Below, in pieces: positions 41,485 to 49,858 of a DNA stretch of 64,000 nt. The stretch comes from an uncultured Prolixibacteraceae bacterium (GTDB lineage: Bacteria; Bacteroidota; Bacteroidia; Bacteroidales; FEN-979): NCBI GenBank assembly GCA_964455285.1, contig CAYVVG010000003.1:16051-80050 (forward strand), read 5' to 3'. The notes below the pieces were generated by a model, which saw only the letters and a list, made by a program, of their open reading frames with translations, was not told the origin of the DNA and made no database searches. Numbering within the stretch: position 1 is the first letter of the stretch; every line of letters starts with the position of its first letter. The position numbers and the translations under genes were made by a program.

Positions 41485-42897
41485 TCAAGCCTTTCTTTTC
41501 ATGCGGTAAAGGGTTCTTTCCGAACCGTCGACCGGACGTTGTTCCAGAATTTCGAAGAACTTCCCGAACTCTTTCCTGAAGTTCTCCTCATCGTAGGTCC
41601 CGAAGATATCCCTCCTCGATTCGAGCAGTTTCTGCACCTGTGAGTCGGGTTTCGGGACGAACTCGATGATGAGGTTTTCGCTGAGGCGGCTCAGGAAGGA
41701 GGCGATATGCCGGAAGGGGAGGTTGTTGGAGATGGCCAGGTGGTGGATCAGGGCGAGGGCGATCACGGCGTCGGGCAGCGACCGGGCTGAAAATCCGGGT
41801 CTCTCGCGGTTGTCCCATCCGATCGAGGGGCTCGGGTTGGTCAGGTCCATCACCAGGGGCAGCAGGTTCACGGTCTGCTCCGCCTTCACCTGCCGGTAAT
41901 TGAGATCGACCGCTACCGGATCGATATCGAAGGCCACGCAGTCGGCTCCCTGCCGGCAGGCGATCCGGGTGAATTCGCCGTTGTTGGCGCCCAGATCCCA
42001 CAAGGTGCCGGGGCGGATCGCCCGGACATAGGCATCGACGATCTCCTTCTTATGGGTGAACGAGCGGTCGGAGTAGTTGGTAAAGGTGTAATACTCCCCC
42101 CATTCGGTGGGCTGGTTCCTGATCTTCAGCTTTTCCGTCAGTTGGATCAGACTGATGATCAGGGCTTTCAGGTTGGCCAGCCGGATCTTCACCTCGCGCC
42201 CGGCGCTCCCCTTGTGCTCGTATTTCACCTGGGTTTTGGCGTGGAGGTGGAGGTGCATCAGCAGCGAAAAATTCCATCTGGTCTTCCGGGGCAGCAGCCG
42301 GCTGGCCAGGTCGAGCGGGATGCCGTCGAGGTGGATCCTGAGCAGCTGGTTCAGCCGGATGTCGGTGTGGCTCATCAGCGCGAGGGGGGCCAGGAAGTGC
42401 TGGCAATATTGCCGATAGGCTTCCCAGGGTTTGCCTTCGCGGTAGAGGTCGAACGAAAGGGTATCGATGAACACGGGTTTTCCCCGGTAAAACTGGATGT
42501 TGTAGGCACTGCCGTCCTTCAGGGTCATGCCGTGTTCCAGGGCGGCCTGTTGGATACGCAGGGTGACCAGCGCCGCATCTTTAAGCTGGCTGAACGACCA
42601 TTCGTAGGGGTAGGAGATGAACGGGATCTGCTCCGGCTCCAGGATCCGGTAAAGATCTCCCCCGGCGCCGGGGTGGCCCTCCAGTTCCCGGTGGGGGATC
42701 AGCAGCCCTTCCTCCGTCAGCTTCCGGTACAGCCCCGACCCGGTCAGATGATCATACTCTTCGCGGTAGCACCGGTTCACCTGTCGCAGCACCTTCCCCC
42801 CTTCGCTGAAAACAAACCCGCTGGGGTCGCGGAAAGAGCTGTCGTGCATAACACCGGAGTTTACCAGGTCGCTCTCTTGTTCCTCGTTATAATCCAT
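41485..42897 (-). CDS. Two-domain protein: N-terminal protein-kinase-like fold plus C-terminal class I SAM-dependent methyltransferase
   Basis: 470 aa. The C-terminal LWDLGANNGEFTRIACRQGADCVAFDIDP is MTase motif I. The N-terminal MTLKDGSAYNIQFYRGKPVFIDTLSF resembles the catalytic loop (D..N) and metal-binding (xID) motifs of RIO/Kdo-kinase-type folds. The kinase call is tentative. Confidence 0.6.
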   Translation of the reverse strand: MDYNEEQESDLVNSGVMHDSSFRDPSGFVFSEGGKVLRQVNRCYREEYDHLTGSGLYRKLTEEGLLIPHRELEGHPGAGGDLYRILEPEQIPFISYPYEWSFSQLKDAALVTLRIQQAALEHGMTLKDGSAYNIQFYRGKPVFIDTLSFDLYREGKPWEAYRQYCQHFLAPLALMSHTDIRLNQLLRIHLDGIPLDLASRLLPRKTRWNFSLLMHLHLHAKTQVKYEHKGSAGREVKIRLANLKALIISLIQLTEKLKIRNQPTEWGEYYTFTNYSDRSFTHKKEIVDAYVRAIRPGTLWDLGANNGEFTRIACRQGADCVAFDIDPVAVDLNYRQVKAEQTVNLLPLVMDLTNPSPSIGWDNRERPGFSARSLPDAVIALALIHHLAISNNLPFRHIASFLSRLSENLIIEFVPKPDSQVQKLLESRRDIFGTYDEENFRKEFGKFFEILEQRPVDGSERTLYRMKRKA

Positions 42898-42947
42898 CCT
42901 CGGTTCTTGTTTATATCTGATCAGGGTCTATGATAATAGTGCGGCCC

Positions 42948-43877
42948 TCATTCTTCAACTTCGAAAAATGTATTGGGATGCACCACGCCTGCTTTCTCTC
43001 CCTTCGTCATGTACAGCCCCACCTGGTAATTCCCGGGTTCCAGCTTCCGGATCGGGATGATCGCGGAAAAGCCTGCGGAATCGAGGTTCAGCCCAAGCTT
43101 TGAAAAATGCGAGGTCACCCCCTTGCGCAGGACTTTCCCCACACGGTAAAAACGCTCCCTGTCGCCTTTTTTCAGCACCACGTAGGTGTTGAGATTCCTG
43201 GTATCGTTGCCATTGAGGAAACCCCACCCCTTTACCAGCAATGCTTTCCCCGACTGCTTTACCTCTTCGAAATAGTAAACGATCTCGCTGGTCGGGTCTC
43301 TCTTTTCAGGAGTGACCTCGCAGTCGGCCGGATCCGGTTCCGCTTCGGCTACAAGGTCGATCAGCTTGTACTTATCCTTCTTCTTTCTGAGTTCGAGGTG
43401 ATGGTTGGTGAAATACCTTCCTGTTTTATCCTCGATGGCGTACCCGATCGTATACACGCTGTCCTTCAGTAAAAATGTCGGCACCATCACGTCAAACCCC
43501 AGATGGGCAAAACGTTCGTCCATGTTGAAATACTCCGTCACCCCTTTCCGGTAGATCGTATCGTTATCGATCCGGAAGATCAGACGGTCGGCTGCCGAGG
43601 TCAGTACCAGGTAGGAAGTGCGCTCCTCCTGGGTATTATCCTTCTGGAACGCCCACCCCTTCAATCGCACATCCTCTTTCCACCGGAGGTTTGCCTTGCT
43701 GACCTCTTCAACCCAGAACTTCACGCTTTCCGATTCGGCAGGCAGTTCGATCCGGGTATGCCGGCCCTCGCAACCGGCCCGGACGAAAACGTAGAAGATA
43801 TAATCGGCAAACCAGAGGTAAAGTCCGAAGAGGACCAGAAACGCGACATAAGCGATGATTTTTATCGTTCTCTTCAT
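42948..43877 (-). CDS. N-terminally anchored protein with two tandem ~110-aa modules (paralogue B)
   Basis: 309 aa. TM anchor IKIIAYVAFLVLFGLYLWF. Modules contain LKGWAFQKD...YRKGVTEYF...LGFDVMVP...YTIGYAI and VKGWGFLNG...LRKGVTSHF...AGFSAIIP...YQVGLYM. Clearly homologous to 45483-46397. Confidence 0.6.
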   Translation of the reverse strand: MKRTIKIIAYVAFLVLFGLYLWFADYIFYVFVRAGCEGRHTRIELPAESESVKFWVEEVSKANLRWKEDVRLKGWAFQKDNTQEERTSYLVLTSAADRLIFRIDNDTIYRKGVTEYFNMDERFAHLGFDVMVPTFLLKDSVYTIGYAIEDKTGRYFTNHHLELRKKKDKYKLIDLVAEAEPDPADCEVTPEKRDPTSEIVYYFEEVKQSGKALLVKGWGFLNGNDTRNLNTYVVLKKGDRERFYRVGKVLRKGVTSHFSKLGLNLDSAGFSAIIPIRKLEPGNYQVGLYMTKGEKAGVVHPNTFFEVEE

Positions 43878-45464
43878 TTATTTGTCCTCCACCTTTGGCA
43901 GTCGCGCATCCAGGTACTTGTTCAGCATCACCCGCAAGGCATTGATCGGGGAGATGCTGTCATAGAGATCCTTATAGTCCCTGTCGGGAAAATATACCGC
44001 GTTGAGCACTTGAAAGGAATGTTCCCGGTTCTTCAGGTACACTTCGTGAGGGCGGGGTCCGTGGTCGCTTTGAACAAAGATGACACTGCCCGCAGGAGGC
44101 TGATTCCTGATCATGTTCGCAGTCACACGGGCGATCTCGCCGGTGATGAAGATATATTGTTCGAGATAGGCAGCGTTGACCGTATTTTGTGCCGTGATGT
44201 ACCCTTCCGACCGCTGACCCTCGGAGCTGGGACCTTCGATGTAATTCCCCGAACGGTCAAATACGAAGGGAACATGCGGGCACATGATGTGCGCATAGGT
44301 GAATCTGGGGCTCTTCAGTTTGCTGGTGTTCTTCTCCAGGCAGGTAAGGATGTGCCGGGTAGCCGTAAAGCTTAAATTTTGGCTCTTGTCAACAGGGATG
44401 AGGAAATTGAATGACGAAAGCATGGAACTGTTGATCAGTTCCTTGTAGAAAGCACCGGATAGGGTTCCCGACAGGTCCGATGGGTCCGCATCCTGGTAAG
44501 CGAACGTCGCATCGGTATTCCCGAAACGGACTCCCGAATAGTGCTGGCTTAATCCTTCCATGACATCGATCGTGTAACCATGCTCCTTCAGAAAACGGAA
44601 AAGCCGGTTGTTATTCATCTTCTCCGTCTGGACACTGTAATCGATCTTATGAAGCTTTTCATGGACTTCCGTACCCACGGTATTCTGCGGATTCTCGATG
44701 TATTTCATAAAATCGGTACGGGTAACCGCTTCGGTAAGATATTCGAAATTCAGCAGGCTGGGTATGTTCCAGGTAGTCTGGTTGTAACGTACCGGACTGT
44801 TCCCGGCAAAGAAAAATCCGTTCTTTGCCATTTCCTCCGCAAAGCTGCCGGCATCATACCCCCACTCCTCTTTCATGGTTTTAACACTCGCCCCTTCATC
44901 GAGGATGATGAGGTAGATGTCGGGAAGTTTTGAGCGGTCGAATGCGTTGCCCGGTCCCTGAATATTCCCCGATTCCTTTTCGCGCTTGCCGGACTTCCGG
45001 ATCTCGCTGGTAACGATGGAAAAAGTGTTGAAGATCACCAATAATCCCACCGGGACCATAAAGATGATGTTGAGACTACCCAGGGTCTTCGGCTGGCGTA
45101 TCCGGCTGATCAGGTAGAACAAGTGAGCGTATACAACCAGGAGGATGGGCAGCACATGCCAGTGCCGGACTTCGGCAATTCTGTTCATACCATTGAATAT
45201 CAATGTGTAATTCCAGAATAACACCAGAAAGAGCAGCGTGACCAGGCTTCCCTTCAGCAGGCTTCTCAGCACTGTCGATGCAAGCCCCAAAAAAATCCCG
45301 GAAAACAACACCGAAAAAAGGAGAGGAAATACCAACTGATGTGCAACCAGCTGGTCGGCATTATGTCCATACAATGCCAGGATGGGATAGACTGCGAAAA
45401 CTAAAACGGTGAGAGCGGGGATCCCTTTACTTTGAAAGTGATCCGGCGTTGACTTTATCTTCAT
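43878..45464 (-). CDS. Sulfatase/alkaline-phosphatase-superfamily membrane enzyme (LTA-synthase/phospho-transferase-like)
   Basis: 528 aa. About 5 N-terminal TM segments. The extracytoplasmic domain has PDIYLIILDEGAS (metal site), YNQTTWNIPSLL (candidate nucleophile Thr) and VIFVQSDHGPR (the SDHG motif of the sulfatase family). Confidence 0.65.
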   Translation of the reverse strand: MKIKSTPDHFQSKGIPALTVLVFAVYPILALYGHNADQLVAHQLVFPLLFSVLFSGIFLGLASTVLRSLLKGSLVTLLFLVLFWNYTLIFNGMNRIAEVRHWHVLPILLVVYAHLFYLISRIRQPKTLGSLNIIFMVPVGLLVIFNTFSIVTSEIRKSGKREKESGNIQGPGNAFDRSKLPDIYLIILDEGASVKTMKEEWGYDAGSFAEEMAKNGFFFAGNSPVRYNQTTWNIPSLLNFEYLTEAVTRTDFMKYIENPQNTVGTEVHEKLHKIDYSVQTEKMNNNRLFRFLKEHGYTIDVMEGLSQHYSGVRFGNTDATFAYQDADPSDLSGTLSGAFYKELINSSMLSSFNFLIPVDKSQNLSFTATRHILTCLEKNTSKLKSPRFTYAHIMCPHVPFVFDRSGNYIEGPSSEGQRSEGYITAQNTVNAAYLEQYIFITGEIARVTANMIRNQPPAGSVIFVQSDHGPRPHEVYLKNREHSFQVLNAVYFPDRDYKDLYDSISPINALRVMLNKYLDARLPKVEDK

Positions 45465-45482
45465 GGGGAACCGGATGCTGAA

Positions 45483-46397
45483 CTAAATTCCGATCTCGAT
45501 GAACTGATTGGAATAGGTCAACCCGATATGCTCTCCGCGAACGATGTATAACAGAACTTCGTATTTCCCCTTTGGCAGGAGTTTGCCATCGATGGTGGCA
45601 GAATACCCCGAATGGTCCAGATTGACCCCGAATTCATCTTTGAAATAAGTGGTCACACCTGTCCTTAGTTGGGGAACCGTAGTAAATATCACGTTTTTAT
45701 TGTCTTTCCGCAAAATAATATATGCCCTTGAAGAATCCGTGTTCAATCCTTTCAAAAAACCCCAGCCGCTGATCGTGAAAACATTATCCGAAACATTAAA
45801 AGTCTCGAAATAGTATTTGATCTTGTCTGTCTCGGGCCGCATGGAAATGGCTACTTTATGAGCTTCTATCTGATAATTCTCGAGCCTGACCGTACCATTG
45901 CCAAGCTTCATTTTTTTACCCGACATGGCATGATATTGTCCGGATTCATCTTTGATCAGGTATCCCACCTCATAGGCTGAATCCTTCAGCATTTCCAGCG
46001 GGATATATCCTTCATATCCATGATTATCAGCACTTCCTGTCAATTTACAGTATTCCGATACGCCGGGCCGGCTTAAATTGTCATTCACCGGATCAAAAAC
46101 AAGGGTGTTGGATCCCGATTTAAAAACCAGCAGAAGATCGCGGGTCTTTTCCTTCACATTTTGCTTTAAAACCCATCCTTTGATCAGAAGATAATCATTC
46201 CAGGTCTTATCAATGATACTGACCTCCTCGATATTCCCGATGATGTTATCCGTATCCGTGGGAAGCGTAATGTCAACGAGGCTGGCTGCCACTATTTTAT
46301 TGTCCGGTTTCAATATGAACCACAAAGCGATGCCGGTGATCACCACCAGGATTGCAACAGCCAGAATGATCTTCACTTTTTTACTCAGGGTTTTCAT
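45483..46397 (-). CDS. N-terminally anchored protein with two tandem ~110-aa modules (paralogue A)
   Basis: I chose the start at ATG 46397 (MKTLSKKVKIILAVAILVVITGIALWFIL). Modules contain IKGWVLKQN...SRPGVSEYC...YEVGYLI and ISGWGFLKG...LRTGVTTYF...SGYSATID...YEVLLYI. Confidence 0.6.
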   Translation of the reverse strand: MKTLSKKVKIILAVAILVVITGIALWFILKPDNKIVAASLVDITLPTDTDNIIGNIEEVSIIDKTWNDYLLIKGWVLKQNVKEKTRDLLLVFKSGSNTLVFDPVNDNLSRPGVSEYCKLTGSADNHGYEGYIPLEMLKDSAYEVGYLIKDESGQYHAMSGKKMKLGNGTVRLENYQIEAHKVAISMRPETDKIKYYFETFNVSDNVFTISGWGFLKGLNTDSSRAYIILRKDNKNVIFTTVPQLRTGVTTYFKDEFGVNLDHSGYSATIDGKLLPKGKYEVLLYIVRGEHIGLTYSNQFIEIGI

Positions 46398-46562
46398 CTT
46401 TTCATCTCCTACTTTAATGTTAACTATGTTGTGGTTTGTTACTTCATTCAGACCAACAGGGAGGTGATATTCAAGGCAGTGCCGGTTCGATGCGCCTCCC
46501 GGGTGCAAAATTACGAATTCACCCCTATAATCAAATGAATTCCTGCACGTACTGCAGGTCCG

Positions 46563-47702
46563 TCAGCCAAACAAACGGGCCAGGGCCTCTTTGGGTTTAT
46601 TATTATATTGATTTACAAAGTCATATGCATTTTTTACCAGGTTGTTGAAGCACCCGGGTTCTTCCACCAGCCGGTTGAGTTGCCTGGCGAACTGATCCGG
46701 GGTGCCGGCCAGCAGGTACGATTTTCCGGCCCCCTCTTCGAGCCCTTCGGCGCCCACCGGGGTCGAGATCACCGCCTTGCCGAAACCCAGCGCCTCGATC
46801 ATCTTGATCTTCAGTCCGGTCCCTATCGTCAACGGGTTGAGCACGATATCGGCCCTGCCGTAGGCCGCCGCAAGATCCTCCACCTCCCCCAGTTTGACAA
46901 CACCCTCGTGGTCATCGATCACGCGGCAGATCTTCCCGGCCAGGATAAGCTCCATGTCGGGGAAACTGCTTTTTATAACCGGAAAATAATCCCTGATAAA
47001 ATCGACCATCGCGTGGTAGTTGCTGGGATTGTCGGACCCGACGAACAGCAACCGATGCGCGGGACGGGGAGCAGGTTCCGAAGGGACCACATCGACCATG
47101 TGACCCACGGTGATCACCTTCCTGCGGGTCAGTTTCCGGTAGAAGGCTGCCTCCACCTCCTGGATCGCCATGACCACGTCGGCCCGGTTGATCCCGGCCG
47201 CCTCCTCCCGCCTTGAGGTGGAATACCAGATCGGGGGCTTCCCGGCACGCAGAAAATGCTTGTGCCGGTCGGTCATCACATCATGGGTATCGACCACCTT
47301 GAGCACCTCCGGTCCGAAATTGAAGAACGCCCGGGTGTTGAAAATGTACTCGGCCACCACGGCCGTGACGGGAACCGCCTGTTTGATCGCGGCGATCTTT
47401 TCGTCCAGCCATTCGTTGTAATGGTCGTCGATGTGCGAATAGTATTTCAGGTTGGGGTTGATCTTCATCAGGTACCGGTTATACCCGCGCTTCACGGGGG
47501 CTTTGTACGATACGTGATGGAACCGCTCTCCCCAGTACCTCACCATCGCATCGAGGTCGGCATCTTCCTGGTCCGAATAGAGAAAGTGCACCTCATGACC
47601 CAGTTCCATGAGGTATTTCGAGTAGGTAAAGATCCGGCTCCGGTTCCCGGCATTGAGCGGATGGGTCGGGGTGGGCGAGACGATCAGGATGGTATGTTTC
47701 AT
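46563..47702 (-). CDS. GT-B fold glycosyltransferase (GT4-like)
   Basis: I chose the start at ATG 47702 (MKHTILIVSPTPTHPLNAGNRSR). The C-terminal NPLTIGTGLKIKMIEALGFGKAVISTPVGAEG has a GT4-type E-x7-E region. Confidence 0.75.
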   Translation of the reverse strand: MKHTILIVSPTPTHPLNAGNRSRIFTYSKYLMELGHEVHFLYSDQEDADLDAMVRYWGERFHHVSYKAPVKRGYNRYLMKINPNLKYYSHIDDHYNEWLDEKIAAIKQAVPVTAVVAEYIFNTRAFFNFGPEVLKVVDTHDVMTDRHKHFLRAGKPPIWYSTSRREEAAGINRADVVMAIQEVEAAFYRKLTRRKVITVGHMVDVVPSEPAPRPAHRLLFVGSDNPSNYHAMVDFIRDYFPVIKSSFPDMELILAGKICRVIDDHEGVVKLGEVEDLAAAYGRADIVLNPLTIGTGLKIKMIEALGFGKAVISTPVGAEGLEEGAGKSYLLAGTPDQFARQLNRLVEEPGCFNNLVKNAYDFVNQYNNKPKEALARLFG

Positions 47703-47724
47703 GGCAGCGTCGGTCGGGTTCCCG

Positions 47725-48804
47725 TTAACGGGTGTTCTGTCTGGCACTCAGGATGGCTTCGAGGTAGGCCCGGCCCCATTGCCGGTCGGGTTCCACATAG
47801 TTCCCTTCGGCCCACTCGTTCCACGATTTCAGGAATACGATCTTCTCGCCGGTTTTTTTATTTTTCACGAATTTCAGGGCACTTTCGAGATGCTGCCGGA
47901 ACAGTCCCGGCGTCGAGCCCCGGAAAACGAAACCTCCCCTCCCCGATCGCGGGGTGTTGTCCCAATTGGGCAGCACGGTGGGGAGAAAATCTTCGCCGTC
48001 GTACCGGCCGAAATCGTTGGTTTTCACCAGGTCGCCGTAATCGACCACCCTGGGCCCCGGGTTCTTTTTCCACCGCGCCAGCAGGGAAGAGCTCTTTTTC
48101 CGGGCGCCATCCAGCACCTCGATGAACTGCCCGGGCTGGTGGATGGTCTTCTCGTCGAATCCGTCGGATTTATGGTCCCAGTAAAGCTGGTGGATCCCGA
48201 TGAAATAAAAGCCGTCGAATCCCTCCTGCACGGCCAGACGGTTCCAGAGGGAGGTGAACCCGGCCGGGTCGGGCAGGCAATCGGGGGTGAAGACGACGAA
48301 CAGCGGCTTGTTGCCGATCCTGATGTACCGGGGATCCCGGAAAGCGGGAAGCAGGTGGTAGAAATGATCGCGGTAATCCTCTTCGCCCGGGTAGAGCTGT
48401 TCGATGAGAATATGATCCTTCAGCCCGTGCCAGACGCCGGTCCACGACTGGTTGGCCCAGGCCAGGCAAAAGGGAAAGTCGGGCGATCCCGATTGCCACA
48501 CCTCGCGGAAGGGTCTTTCGAGCAGCTGTTTCCCGTTCCCGAACCAGTAGTGCCAGTAGCAGAATCCGTCGACCCCGTAAGTCCGGGCCAGCTCCGCCTG
48601 GGCTTCCCTCACCTCGGGTACCCGCAGATCATAGAAACCCAGCTCCGACGGGAGGTTGGGTTGGTGGTGGCCCCGGAAAAGCGGCTTCGCCTTGGTCACG
48701 TTGGTCCACTCGGTGAATCCCTTGCCCCACCAGGTGTCGTTCTCGGGGATCGGATGGTATTGAGGCAGATAGAATGTAAGAATTTTTACTTGGTCATGAT
48801 CCAT
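47725..48804 (-). CDS. WbsX-like (GH99-like fold) glycan biosynthesis protein
   Basis: 359 aa. [46 protein letters not shown] and [15 protein letters not shown] are the family signature. Paralogous to aa 1-350 of the giant protein. Confidence 0.75.
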   Translation of the reverse strand: [359 protein letters not shown]

Positions 48805-48877
48805 CTTAAAACGTTATGTCAAATCGGGGTGACTTTTTTGATTGCATGATCACTTTCAAAGCTGTATCTTTTCGTAC

Positions 48878-49858
48878 CTAACCCCTGCACCCCTTCCCTA
48901 CCAGTAGGGAAGGGGACGGGGGATGGGTAAAATGTTTATAGACACGCTGAATACCTTCCCGGATCCCGGTGCGCGGACTCCATGAGAAGGCCTTCGAGGC
49001 CCGGGTGATGTCGAGTACGTTCAGGGGGACGTCGAACTGCCTTCCCTCCCGGAAGGTCACCTTCACTTCGATGCCCGAAACATTGCGGATGATGGCGATG
49101 ATGTCGTTCAGGCTGTGCCCCTCGCCGCTTCCGATGTTGAACACATGATCGGCGGTCTCAGTCTGAAGTGACCGGGTGAGGACTTCGTTCACGTCGTCGA
49201 TGTAAATGTAATCGCGCACCACGCTGCCGTCGCCCCACACTTCGATCTCCTCCCCCCGGATCGCTTTCCGCAGAAACACGGCGATCACGCCCTGCTGGCC
49301 GAATGGGTTCTGGTGCTCGCCATAGGGGTTGGAAAGCCGGAACACCCGGCAGTTCAGCCCGTAGTTGCGGCGGTACAGGCTGCAATAGCTCTCGATGGCG
49401 CTTTTGATGATGCCGTAAGAGTTGAGCGGGACCAGCGGGTGCGATTCAGGGATCGGGAGGATGGCGGGAATGCCGTACACCGTACCTCCGGAGGAGATGA
49501 AATTGAACGAGCGGATCCGGTTGCCGTTGCGGCACTCTTCGAGCAGCCTGACCGTCGAAACCAGGTTGGACTCGATGTCGAACACGGGATTCGACATCGA
49601 GACCGCGGGGATCGTCGAACTTACCAGGTGAAAAACATGATCGATGCCCACGAGGGCGGCGGCTACATCCTGCCGGTTCTGAAAATCCCCCTCCCGGATC
49701 TCGACCTGGTCCTTTATCTTTTCAAGGTTCCGCGTCGAAAAGTTCCGGATATCGAAGATCCTGACATCGTAACCGGCCTCAAGCAACGACCCGGCCAGGT
49801 GGGACCCGATGAACCCCCCCCCTCCCAGCAGCAGGCATTTCAGTTTCGTCTCACTCAT
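48878..49858 (-). CDS. NAD-dependent epimerase/dehydratase (UDP-sugar 4-epimerase-like)
   Basis: 326 aa. Rossmann motif CLLLGGGGFIGSHL, catalytic YGIIKSAIE (YxxxK). The start overlaps the stop of the giant ORF (ATGA). Confidence 0.8.
   Translation of the reverse strand: MSETKLKCLLLGGGGFIGSHLAGSLLEAGYDVRIFDIRNFSTRNLEKIKDQVEIREGDFQNRQDVAAALVGIDHVFHLVSSTIPAVSMSNPVFDIESNLVSTVRLLEECRNGNRIRSFNFISSGGTVYGIPAILPIPESHPLVPLNSYGIIKSAIESYCSLYRRNYGLNCRVFRLSNPYGEHQNPFGQQGVIAVFLRKAIRGEEIEVWGDGSVVRDYIYIDDVNEVLTRSLQTETADHVFNIGSGEGHSLNDIIAIIRNVSGIEVKVTFREGRQFDVPLNVLDITRASKAFSWSPRTGIREGIQRVYKHFTHPPSPSLLVGKGCRG
48890..48915. repeat. REP-like hairpin CCCCTTCCCTA-CCAG-TAGGGAAGGGG inside the last codons of the epimerase ORF
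   Basis: Perfect 11-bp stem with the same CCAG loop as the copy at 40291-40314. It encodes the tail ...PPSPSLLVGKGCRG. Confidence 0.85.
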
